Origin: an uncultured Bacilli bacterium | GTDB taxonomy: Bacteria; Bacillota_I; Bacilli_A; RF39; UBA660 | Assembly (NCBI GenBank): GCA_944371435.1 | Contig: CALVXQ010000003.1 | Location: 1 to 33,135 of the forward strand | Direction of reading: 5' to 3' | DNA: 33,135 bases | Program-made: the position numbers and the translations under genes | In this document: piece by piece, positions 18,238 through 27,098 of the stretch | Layout of the letters: every line of letters starts with the position of its first letter | Numbering within the stretch: position 1 is the first letter of the stretch | Notes under the pieces: model-generated | What the model saw: the letters and a program-made list of their open reading frames with translations, nothing else | Database searches by the model: none | Told to the model about the DNA's origin: nothing

Positions 18238-18824
18238 TAAACAGCAACCTCTTCGGAAGTAGGATTTTCTTTATATATAGATTGAAATAAATCTTTATCA
18301 TCAGTTTCTACTTCCTTAGTAGGTAACTTAGGTAAATCATTTAAAGTAGCTAAACCAAAGTAATCAAGAAAATCACTAGTAGTTCCATACAAATTAGGTC
18401 TACCAGGCATTGTTGATTTACCAACTTCTTTAACTAAGCCTTTAGCAACTAATTTTCTAATTACCCAAGAATTATTAACACCTCGCATCTCATCTACTTC
18501 AGCCCTTGTTATTGGCTGATGATAGGCAATAATAGCTAATGTTTCCAATGCTGATTGCGATAAGGTATTAGTTTCAGGATTGACTATTAATTTTTCATAA
18601 TATTCTTTATGTTCTTTCTTAGTAGTTAACTTAAAGGCATTTCCTAAATAACTAATTCTTATCCCCCTTTTAACATCTTCATAAGATTTTTTTAACTCCA
18701 TAAGTAATTCTTTAGCTTCATCCATTGTTATTTCTAAAATATTACATATCTGTTCTAAAGTTAATCCTTCATCACCAACAACAAATAATAACCCTTCTAA
18801 AACAGCAACTTTATCATCCTTCAT
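18237..18824 (-). CDS. scpB: SMC-Scp complex subunit ScpB
   Basis: LEGLLFVVGDEG, LSQSALETLAIIAYHQPITRAEVDEMRGV, GRPNLYGTT. Confidence 0.96.
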   Translation of the reverse strand: MKDDKVAVLEGLLFVVGDEGLTLEQICNILEITMDEAKELLMELKKSYEDVKRGIRISYLGNAFKLTTKKEHKEYYEKLIVNPETNTLSQSALETLAIIAYHQPITRAEVDEMRGVNNSWVIRKLVAKGLVKEVGKSTMPGRPNLYGTTSDFLDYFGLATLNDLPKLPTKEVETDDKDLFQSIYKENPTSEEVAV

Positions 18825-19545
18825 TTAATACACCTTCTACTATAATCGGACTATAACTATTTTCTTGAAATATCTTTAACTCTTTATTCTTACTCATCTG
18901 TAGTATGGCTAAAAATGTTACAACGATATACTCTCTATTAATAGTATCAAATAAACTAAAAAACTCTACACGTTTTTTATTTTGAATAATCTTTTTAATC
19001 GAAGTTATTCTATCTTCAATACTTAATTCTTTTTTAGTAATTTTAGTATTAAGAGGCTTTAAAAACTTAGCTCTTTTTTGATACTCCAAGAAAGCTTGAT
19101 ATAAGTCATCAGTCGTAAATAACCCTTTAGTTAATTTATTATCTTTAGCATAAATCTTTAAATTTTCCGGAACTTTAGTAAATACTTCACTTCTTTTTTC
19201 TTCTAAATCTTTAAAAGTATTAGTTATATTTTTTATCTCTTCATACTCGATTAATTTATTTCTTAAATCCTCTTCACTTGTTATACTATATTCATCAGCA
19301 GTATCCTCTTCATCTTTCCTATTAACTAATAAACGGGCTTTTAAATTAACTAATTCAGCAGCCATTACTAAATAACTAGAAGCAATATCAATATTTAAAG
19401 ATTCAAAATTATTAATAATATTAAGATATTGATCAATTATTTCTTTTAAATTAATTTCATAAATATCCATTTTGGATTGCTTAACTAAATGTAAAAGAAG
19501 ATCTAAAGGACCTTCAAAATCATTAATATGAAAATTATAATCCAT
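18814..19545 (-). CDS. scpA: Segregation/condensation protein ScpA (kleisin)
   Basis: FEGPLDLLLHL, YLVMAAEL, IVVTFLAILQM. ATG 19545 follows GAGGGGG. Confidence 0.96.
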   Translation of the reverse strand: MDYNFHINDFEGPLDLLLHLVKQSKMDIYEINLKEIIDQYLNIINNFESLNIDIASSYLVMAAELVNLKARLLVNRKDEEDTADEYSITSEEDLRNKLIEYEEIKNITNTFKDLEEKRSEVFTKVPENLKIYAKDNKLTKGLFTTDDLYQAFLEYQKRAKFLKPLNTKITKKELSIEDRITSIKKIIQNKKRVEFFSLFDTINREYIVVTFLAILQMSKNKELKIFQENSYSPIIVEGVLNEG

Positions 19546-19561
19546 AATTTTCCCCCTCTTT

Positions 19562-20890
19562 TTAATGGCAAGTAAAACCAAGAGATTCTATTTCATAATT
19601 TAAGACATCTTTACTAGTATCCTTCTTATAATAATATATATCTTCTCCTGTTAAATCAACATCAGTAGTATAATTAATAGTAGCAGTATAAGTAAAACCA
19701 GTATCGATTGCTAAGGCATTAGCAGTTGCAATTCCACTTTCTTCAACACGCAATGCTTTAGCTTGATAATTTAAGAAATTAACAGTATAACTATTATCAT
19801 CAACCTTAATATAGTTATAATTATCTCTAATACTTACTAACTTATTATCTTGAAAAGTATAAGTTAAAGTACGATTAGGAGCCTCACAAGTAATTACTGT
19901 ACCTAATTCAGATATAGGATAATCTGATACATTACGATTTACTACTTGAAAAGAATTAGCATTAGTATAAATAGATTCATCAATAGGACTTTGCATCGTT
20001 GTAGTACCACCAGCACCTAAATTATCAATATTAATTAAAGCTCGTCCTAAATATGTATTATCTTGATAAAAATCAATATATACTCGATTAGTAGCAAAAT
20101 CAAAGCCATTCTGAGTATCAATATTCTTAAGTGTATAATTAAAATAATATGTATTATTAGCCATAGTCTTGGAAACATTGCTAATTTCTATATTCTCATA
20201 TTTGGCTATTACTGTTGGATCAATTAAATATGTTTCGATAACAGGTTCTTCTGGTAATGGTTCCTCTTCCTCATCATCAGGTAAAGATGGAGTTGGTACT
20301 TCTTCTAAAACCTCAGAATTATCACTTATATTTAACTTACTTAATAAATCACTAAAATAAGGAGTTATCTCCGGAATAAAAAATATTGTTGCGATTAAAA
20401 CAGTAAATAGTATTACCATTGCTAAAGGACTCTTTTGCTTATCCTTCTTAATCTTACCAATACTTTTACTAGCTAAAGCTGGTTCTTCTGGAATGGTACC
20501 AGTTGGCGTTGCCGGAGATACATTAGGATTAGCTTGCACATTAACATTAGGTTGAGGAGTTTGAACTTGAGATGGCACTGGTTGTTTTGGAGCAGCCATT
20601 CCATTATTTAAAGTGTTATTCTCATTTAATTGATTACTTAAATCTGCCTGATTAAAAAATGTATTATGATTAGGTTGAGGAGAACTATTTTTTAAAGCTG
20701 GTATATCCGGTTTTGCTTCTACTGGGGGAGTAGTTTTATCTTCACCAAGATTTCCCAATATTTTAGGAGTATTTAATTCTTCCACTTTTTTGGGTTCTTC
20801 TTTTTTTTCTTCCTCCTTAGAAACTGGTGTTTCTATCTTACGTCCCCATATATCTGTATTTACATTATCACTAGGATTATTGTTATTCAT
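19562..20890 (-). CDS. Bitopic membrane protein with Pro/Asn/Gln-rich disordered N-terminus and extracellular beta-rich domains
   Basis: Low-complexity aa 1-150, TM after KIKKDKQK, acidic Pro linker, then FNYTLKN..YIDFYQDNTYLG (FxLYD/Ig-like appearance). Confidence 0.8.
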   Translation of the reverse strand: MNNNNPSDNVNTDIWGRKIETPVSKEEEKKEEPKKVEELNTPKILGNLGEDKTTPPVEAKPDIPALKNSSPQPNHNTFFNQADLSNQLNENNTLNNGMAAPKQPVPSQVQTPQPNVNVQANPNVSPATPTGTIPEEPALASKSIGKIKKDKQKSPLAMVILFTVLIATIFFIPEITPYFSDLLSKLNISDNSEVLEEVPTPSLPDDEEEEPLPEEPVIETYLIDPTVIAKYENIEISNVSKTMANNTYYFNYTLKNIDTQNGFDFATNRVYIDFYQDNTYLGRALINIDNLGAGGTTTMQSPIDESIYTNANSFQVVNRNVSDYPISELGTVITCEAPNRTLTYTFQDNKLVSIRDNYNYIKVDDNSYTVNFLNYQAKALRVEESGIATANALAIDTGFTYTATINYTTDVDLTGEDIYYYKKDTSKDVLNYEIESLGFTCH

Positions 20891-20962
20891 ACTATCCCTC
20901 TTTTTCTTATAACTTAATTATATCAAGTTTTAATAAGTTTTGTAAATATTTGAACAAGATAA

Positions 20963-20989
20963 AACTTCTAAACTATGAATTTAGAAGTT
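20963..20989 (-). terminator. Terminator after spoVAE
   Basis: AACTTCTAAA-ttcatag-TTTAGAAGTT followed by T's on the minus strand. Confidence 0.65.
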
Positions 20990-21338
20990 AATCTTTAGCT
21001 TTACAAAATAAAGTTATTATGAATGCAAATATAATGGCACTAGTAATACCGGCTGAAGTAGTAGATAATAAGTTACTAAACATTCCTAAAGCTCCTTTAG
21101 TATAATACCCTTCAATGCATGCTTTATATAATAAATTACCAAATGATGTAATAGGAACACTAGCAGCAACACCAGCCCAATCAATAAAATAGTCATAGAT
21201 ACCTAAAAATGATAAGATAGCTCCAAGAACAACAAATAAAGAAGTAATATGACCTGCAGTTAATTTAGTATTATCTAATATTAATTCACCTAATAAACAA
21301 ACAATCCCACAAAATATTGCCCCATTAAGATAAATCAT
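20988..21338 (-). CDS. spoVAE: Stage V sporulation protein AE (SpoVAEb)
   Basis: CGIVCLLGELILDNTKLTAGHI, GVAASVPITSFGN, SAGITSAI. Confidence 0.9.
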   Translation of the reverse strand: MIYLNGAIFCGIVCLLGELILDNTKLTAGHITSLFVVLGAILSFLGIYDYFIDWAGVAASVPITSFGNLLYKACIEGYYTKGALGMFSNLLSTTSAGITSAIIFAFIITLFCKAKD

Positions 21339-22302
21339 CTTCCACCTCCAAACTTATAGCATGACATATCGCTGGTATAGTCTTTTTTTGATTAACCGAT
21401 GTTGGGGAATGTAAAGAACCTGTTGCTAATAATAAAATTCGTTTATACTTTCTATTATTTAGTATCTTGTTAAAAACTACTAATGGTAAAGTAACTGGTC
21501 CGGAAGAACCTGATATAGCAAAATCTTCCTCCTTAAAAAGTAATGAACCAGCATCAATATAATTATCAATTTTAATATTATTTACCTTTAATAATTCTTT
21601 AAATATTTTAGCTCCTACTCTTCCTAAATCACCAGTAAGAATAACATCATAATAGTTAGGATCTCTTTTAAATTCTTCAAGATGTTCTTTTAAAGTCGTA
21701 AAAGCCGCAGGAGCCATTACTGCACCCATATTAAGACAATCACTTACACCATAATCAACTACTTTACCAATCGTAGCCGATTCCACTTTAATCTTCGTTT
21801 TATAATTAGTTAGATAAACACCTACTGCTCCAGTAGCAGTTAAAGTACTTCTTTTAATCTTAGGTGCTCCGTATTCGATTGGATAACGAAATTGTCTTTC
21901 AGCTACATTAATATGACTACTAGTTAATACTAAAGAATTTTTTATCTTTTTACTATCAAGCATATTAGCCGCTACAATTAAACTTTCATTAAAAGAAGCA
22001 CAGGCACTATAGCAACCTAAATAAGGAATAGGAAATTTAGCCATAACGGCACTAGAAATAGCAAGTTGATTAGATAATTCTCCAGATACAACTAAATCAA
22101 CTTTATTAAGTTTATTATTCTTAATTAAATTATCTAAACAAGCATATTGCATTTTTTCTTCAGCTTCTTCAAATGTTTTCATTCCAAAATAATAATCTGT
22201 TATTATTTGATCATAATCCTTAATGCTACCTTTAACTTCATTTGGTCCAGCAATAGAGTAACTATCCGCAATAAATACATTTTTAAACTTATAACTAGCC
22301 AT
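21325..22302 (-). CDS. spoVAD: Stage V sporulation protein AD
   Basis: TSSHINVAERQFRYPIEYG, NMGAVMAPAA, YYDVILTGDLG, ATGSLHSPTS, IPAICHA. Confidence 0.95.
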   Translation of the reverse strand: MASYKFKNVFIADSYSIAGPNEVKGSIKDYDQIITDYYFGMKTFEEAEEKMQYACLDNLIKNNKLNKVDLVVSGELSNQLAISSAVMAKFPIPYLGCYSACASFNESLIVAANMLDSKKIKNSLVLTSSHINVAERQFRYPIEYGAPKIKRSTLTATGAVGVYLTNYKTKIKVESATIGKVVDYGVSDCLNMGAVMAPAAFTTLKEHLEEFKRDPNYYDVILTGDLGRVGAKIFKELLKVNNIKIDNYIDAGSLLFKEEDFAISGSSGPVTLPLVVFNKILNNRKYKRILLLATGSLHSPTSVNQKKTIPAICHAISLEVEDDLS

Positions 22303-22729
22303 ATAAGACCACCTTAATAACAGCTAAAATAAATGCTGATACTATACCATATAAGATAACTGAACCTGCTAATTTAAAGACATTAGCACCCAAACCAGTA
22401 ATAAGTCCATCTTTCTTATAATCAAGAGCACTAGATGTTACGGAATGAGCAAATCCCGTAATAGGAATAATTAAGCCACAACGGACTTTAGCCACCCAGT
22501 TATCGAAGAAACCTAATCCAGTAAATAAACTAGCTAAAAATATTAAGATAATAATAGTCCAAATATTAGCTTCTTTATCGCCAATATTATAACTTGTTAA
22601 TATCTGAAAAATAATAATAGATATTATCCCTATTAAGGCACCAGTTATAAAAGCCATTAAAGCATTTTTTAGTCTTTCTTCACTAGGAGTATACTTCTTT
22701 ACTAACAACTTATAATCATCTTTATTCAT
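22295..22729 (-). CDS. spoVAC: Stage V sporulation protein AC
   Basis: NALMAFITGALI, GLIIPITGFAHSV, FKLAGSVILYG. ATG 22729 follows GGAGG. Confidence 0.92.
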   Translation of the reverse strand: MNKDDYKLLVKKYTPSEERLKNALMAFITGALIGIISIIIFQILTSYNIGDKEANIWTIIILIFLASLFTGLGFFDNWVAKVRCGLIIPITGFAHSVTSSALDYKKDGLITGLGANVFKLAGSVILYGIVSAFILAVIKVVLYG

Positions 22730-22747
22730 TAAAAAATCCTCCATACT

Positions 22748-22778
22748 TATTATGAAGGATTAATTTATTTTTTATTCA
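22748..22778 (-). promoter_or_regulatory. SigG-type forespore promoter for spoVA
   Basis: Minus strand TGAATA-N18-CATAATA, matching the GHATR-N18-CATxxTA SigG consensus. spoVA is SigG-dependent in Bacillus. Confidence 0.75.
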
Positions 22779-22779
22779 A

Positions 22780-23421
22780 TTAATGTAAAGATTGATATAA
22801 TTCATCTAAACTCTTTTTCTCATAACGAGATACTTTTACTTGCGTAAGATTTAATTTCTTAGCTACTTCTTGTTGAGTATAATCATCAAAATATCTTAAT
22901 TTAATAATACTACGATAAGGTTCTTCTAAGTTATCTACACCCCATTTTAAATCTAAATAATCAATATTATTAGCTTTTTCATCTTTAATTGTATTATATA
23001 AAGAAGTATCATTATCTAACTCGTTATCTAAACTCAAAATACTATAAGTAGAGTTAATAGCATTACTAACTAGACTAGGATCGATATTCAAATAATTGGC
23101 AATCTCTAAAGTTGTAGGAACCTTACCTAGACTTTGGGTTAAATAAACATTAGTTTTCTCAATTAATTTAGTTAATTTTAAGATATCCCGATTTTGTTTC
23201 AAAGCTTTAGCCGATAGCATATAATTATACATTTCCCCAAATATATATTTATAAGCATAAGTAGAAAATTTAGTTTTTCCATCATCTTTATAATGGTTAT
23301 AAGCTTGAATTAAACCTAATACTCCAGCCTGATACAAATCATTATACTCTACACCATAAAAATTATTAGCAATACTCTTTATTAAGGGTTTAAATTCTTC
23401 GATAGGTATATCAATATTCAT
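22780..23421 (-). CDS. sigF: Sporulation sigma factor, SigF-like (SigB/F/G family), N-terminally short
   Basis: DLYQAGVLGL, KFSTYA..GE, LGKVPTTLEIA, LRYFDDYTQQEVAKKLNLTQVKVSRYEK (QVxVSR, SigF type); directly upstream of spoVAC. Confidence 0.75.
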   Translation of the reverse strand: MNIDIPIEEFKPLIKSIANNFYGVEYNDLYQAGVLGLIQAYNHYKDDGKTKFSTYAYKYIFGEMYNYMLSAKALKQNRDILKLTKLIEKTNVYLTQSLGKVPTTLEIANYLNIDPSLVSNAINSTYSILSLDNELDNDTSLYNTIKDEKANNIDYLDLKWGVDNLEEPYRSIIKLRYFDDYTQQEVAKKLNLTQVKVSRYEKKSLDELYQSLH

Positions 23422-23475
23422 GATATTAGCCTCCTTACCCGTAATATAGAATAATTTTTTAATAATTTAAACAGT

Positions 23476-23482
23476 TTCGACA
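23476..23482 (-). promoter_or_regulatory. Spo0A box
   Basis: Minus strand TTTGTCGAAA containing a perfect TGTCGAA, about 55 bp upstream of the sigF-like start. Confidence 0.7.
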
Positions 23483-23515
23483 AATGTTTTCAAGAAATAC
23501 TCTAGAGATTGACAA

Positions 23516-24691
23516 CTAAAACTTTGTACCCTTTACACCTTTAGTTCCATTAAAATTACTTAATATATTACTATCAAAAGAATTTATCTTCTTTTGTTTT
23601 GTTTGATAATTACGAATTCCTATTTTAATTAATTCATCTAATAAATCACTATATTTTTTATTACTTGGTTCCCATAAATAAAAGGCTAAAGATCCAGGAC
23701 AAGTATTTATTTCATTAATATAGACTTTTTTACTAGTATTATCAACTAAAAAATCTATTCTAACTACTCCAGAATTACCTAAAGCTAAAAATGCTTTCTT
23801 AGCTATTGCAATTATTTCTTCTTGCATTTTTTTAGGAATATCAGCCGGAATTTTCCGAGAACTAGCAGATAAACCTTTTAGAGATTTTGTTTTACTACCA
23901 CTTAAGTACTTATCATCAAAAGTTAAGATATGATGAGAATTATTTACTTCTTCAATTTGGGATACTTCTAAACTTTGATAATTACCTAAAACAGAAATAT
24001 TTACTTCTTTTAAGTCAGTAAGACATTTTTCTACTAATATCTTTTTATCATAACTAATTGCTTCTTTAATCGCAACTTTTACCTCTTCTAAATTATTAGC
24101 TACACTTATGCCAATACTACTTCCTAAATTAGCTGGTTTAATAATAACCGGATATCCTAACTTTTTTATTTCATCTAAGTATTTATCATTATCATTATTA
24201 TATTCATAATCATAAAACCAAATAAAAGGTAGAACTGGTAATTTATTAACTTCATAAACAGATTTTTGAATAACTTTATCTTGACCAACAGCACTAGCTA
24301 AAACATCACTACCAACATAAGGAATATTAATAGTCTCTAAATATCCTTGCAATTTACCATCTTCAACATTCGTACCATGCACTATTGGGAATATAATATC
24401 TATTTCATATTTATATCTTTTAAAGAAACCAGTTGTTTGTAAATAAAACTTATTTCCTTTATTTACTAAAATACATTCACTAGTAAACCTTTCTAACTCA
24501 GCCATATCTTTATAAGTATTAATATCTTTTAATACTTCACCAGTATGCCAAACTCCTTTTTTATCAATATAAATGGGTATTATTTGATACTTATTAGTAT
24601 CCATATTTTTTATAGCTTGAAGCGCTGATATAATACTTACTTCATGTTCAACGCTTACACCCCCAAATAAAACACCAACTTTAATTTTCAT
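23516..24691 (-). CDS. ddl: D-alanine--D-alanine ligase
   Basis: GGVSVEHEVS, HGTNVEDG, IIKPANLGSSIGI, DKY omega loop, RIDF, NEINTCPGS. Confidence 0.93.
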   Translation of the reverse strand: MKIKVGVLFGGVSVEHEVSIISALQAIKNMDTNKYQIIPIYIDKKGVWHTGEVLKDINTYKDMAELERFTSECILVNKGNKFYLQTTGFFKRYKYEIDIIFPIVHGTNVEDGKLQGYLETINIPYVGSDVLASAVGQDKVIQKSVYEVNKLPVLPFIWFYDYEYNNDNDKYLDEIKKLGYPVIIKPANLGSSIGISVANNLEEVKVAIKEAISYDKKILVEKCLTDLKEVNISVLGNYQSLEVSQIEEVNNSHHILTFDDKYLSGSKTKSLKGLSASSRKIPADIPKKMQEEIIAIAKKAFLALGNSGVVRIDFLVDNTSKKVYINEINTCPGSLAFYLWEPSNKKYSDLLDELIKIGIRNYQTKQKKINSFDSNILSNFNGTKGVKGTKF

Positions 24692-24706
24692 TCTAATCAC
24701 TACTTT

Positions 24707-26302
24707 CTATTCATTATATGTATCTGGCAAATCATTTTCATATAAAGCATAAATTTCTTTTTTTAAATCTAGTTTAGCTAATAAAAGATAAGTACTACGA
24801 ACATCATTAGTAATTATAATATTTTCTTTATTATACTTAGCAGCAAGAAGCCCTTCATAAATCGGTTTAGTCTGTTTTTCTCCAACTAGCACTACTACAT
24901 CTGCTACTTTAGCTATTTCTTTACCAAATTCATAATTACATTTTTCTTCTTCTTTACCAAGTTCTACCATTCCCGGCGTAACAACAACTTTAGCCCCTGG
25001 CATCATATCTAAAACTTCTAAGGCCACTTTAGCACCAACTGGGTTAGAATTATAAGCATCATCTATTTGATAAAAATTACCTATTTTTTTTAATTCTAAA
25101 CGATGTTCTACGGGGGTTATATTACTAACTGCCTCAATTAACTTAGAAACTGATATTCCAAGGGTATAACCAACAGCAATACCTGCTACAATATTACTTA
25201 TATTATGACGTCCTAATAATTTAGTTGTAAATTTATAACTTTGTTTTAAATCTCGAAAATATACTTCAAAGGTAGAACCTTTATAACTACAACTAATATT
25301 TTTCGCATAAAAATCTGCTTCTTTATTTTTTAAAGCATACCAAACTATTTTAACTTTATTTTTTAAAGGATAATTTACTTGAAATGGATCGTCTTTATTC
25401 AAAAAAGCTATGCCATCAGCAGGTAGGCTTTCGATAAGTTCAAACTTCGTCTTAACAATATTTTCTTGCGAGCCAAAAGTTTCTAAGTGAGCTTGACCAA
25501 TAGTAGTTAACAAGCCATACTTAGGCGATACTAAATTACATGCATTTTTTATTCTACCAACCCGATAAGCTCCCATTTCGGCAATGAATATTTCATCAAA
25601 AACCGTTAAATCATTATTAATAGTAGTCATTAAACCAACATCAGTATTAAAGTTTTTAGGAGTTGGATGAGTAATATATTTAATACTTAATATTTCGTTT
25701 AAAACATTTTTGGTACTAGTTTTACCATAAGAACCAGTAATACCGATAGTTACTAAATTATTTAAAGAATGTAATTTATTAACAGCTTGATGCCAAAACT
25801 TTTTATAAATTAATCTTTCAATAGGATTATTAATAACTTTAACAATATATACTATATAATAATTAAATATTAATAATAAGACTGCTATTAATAAAAAGAT
25901 ATTACCTAAATTAGAATTAAATGTATACAATAAAAATGGTAATAAATTAAGAATATAAAGAGTAAGTATCTGTCTTTTAACCCGAGCTGTCTTTACTAAA
26001 GGTTTTTTAGCTTTTTCTAGCATAATAGTATATTTTATTACTTCAGAATCAATTAAAAGAATAAAGATACTAAGAATAATTAAAATATAAGATATAAAAT
26101 TATTTAATAAAGTTGCTACTAAAATTAATAAACCAGCTAATAAATCATAATGATAAAAAGCTGTTTTTAAATTATTCTTTAACCATTTTAAATAGCGATT
26201 ATTTTCATTATAAAGATTTTGCTGTAACATATGTAATGATTTACGTGATTTAACCGTAACTACATAAAATATAACAACAAATGCTAATAAATATATTAAC
26301 AT
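24707..26302 (-). CDS. murF: UDP-MurNAc-tripeptide D-Ala-D-Ala ligase MurF with N-terminal membrane domain
   Basis: GITGSYGKTSTK, AEMGA, GQAHLE, DDAYNSNP, TPGMVELG; about 4-5 N-terminal hydrophobic helices. Confidence 0.88.
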   Translation of the reverse strand: MLIYLLAFVVIFYVVTVKSRKSLHMLQQNLYNENNRYLKWLKNNLKTAFYHYDLLAGLLILVATLLNNFISYILIILSIFILLIDSEVIKYTIMLEKAKKPLVKTARVKRQILTLYILNLLPFLLYTFNSNLGNIFLLIAVLLLIFNYYIVYIVKVINNPIERLIYKKFWHQAVNKLHSLNNLVTIGITGSYGKTSTKNVLNEILSIKYITHPTPKNFNTDVGLMTTINNDLTVFDEIFIAEMGAYRVGRIKNACNLVSPKYGLLTTIGQAHLETFGSQENIVKTKFELIESLPADGIAFLNKDDPFQVNYPLKNKVKIVWYALKNKEADFYAKNISCSYKGSTFEVYFRDLKQSYKFTTKLLGRHNISNIVAGIAVGYTLGISVSKLIEAVSNITPVEHRLELKKIGNFYQIDDAYNSNPVGAKVALEVLDMMPGAKVVVTPGMVELGKEEEKCNYEFGKEIAKVADVVVLVGEKQTKPIYEGLLAAKYNKENIIITNDVRSTYLLLAKLDLKKEIYALYENDLPDTYNE

Positions 26303-26303
26303 A

Positions 26304-27029
26304 TTAATTACCTCCTATAAAACTTTTTATAATTTTTACAACATAATCTAAATGTTCTAAATAAGCATAATGCGTTGCACCCTCTATCTTGATTAAAGCG
26401 CCATCTTTTAATAACTTTTCTAACTTCATAGCATCAGAAATAGGGGCTGCAGTATCGTTAGTACCCCATATTAATATCGTCGGTGCCGTAATCTTTTGCG
26501 CACATTCTGATAAGTCTTCATTAATTGTATTAACTAAAATACCCCGCATAATGACTGAAGCATTCTTATAATCAGTTGAACCAATATAATTTTTAGCTAC
26601 TTCTACTAATAGTTTAGTTCCCGGTATCTTTTTTAAATTTTTTAATAATTTTTCTTTTACACTAGTTTTACGTTCTCTAACACATGGTGCTCCAAATAAA
26701 ATCAGTTTATCAACCTCGTACTTACTAGCATAAATAATACCTATTCTCCCCCCAAAAGAGTGACCAATAACGATTGGTTTCTTAAGTCCCACTTCTTCGG
26801 CAAAATCATGAATAATTTCTGTATATTCATAAATATCATAAGATTTAGTTGGCTCACTAGAAGCCCCAAATCCAGGTAGGTCTAAAATAGTAATACGAAA
26901 GCCCTCAAGTTTTTTTCCTAGAGGTAACATCATTTCTTTATTTTGCCCCCATCCGTGTAATAATAAAATATCTCTTCCACTACCAAACATCATATAAGAA
27001 ATATTTATATCTTTTATAATAACATTCAT
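26304..27029 (-). CDS. Alpha/beta fold hydrolase
   Basis: LLHGWG, DLPGFG, GHSFGG nucleophile elbow, WGTND, H near the C-terminus. Confidence 0.92.
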   Translation of the reverse strand: MNVIIKDINISYMMFGSGRDILLLHGWGQNKEMMLPLGKKLEGFRITILDLPGFGASSEPTKSYDIYEYTEIIHDFAEEVGLKKPIVIGHSFGGRIGIIYASKYEVDKLILFGAPCVRERKTSVKEKLLKNLKKIPGTKLLVEVAKNYIGSTDYKNASVIMRGILVNTINEDLSECAQKITAPTILIWGTNDTAAPISDAMKLEKLLKDGALIKIEGATHYAYLEHLDYVVKIIKSFIGGN

Positions 27030-27098
27030 AAAAGCACATCCTTGTTTATTAATTATATCATAATAAATTAAAATTAATTAATATTTTCCATAAAAAAA

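Noticed and set aside
16860-18240. Classical tRNA-integrated island (attL/attR)
   Set aside because: No duplicate of the tRNA 3' end and no integrase. The flanking repeat is unrelated to the tRNA.
23880-23930. Possible D-Ala-D-Lac (vancomycin-resistance) ligase
   Set aside because: The omega loop keeps Tyr (DDKY), and no vanH/vanX or regulators are nearby
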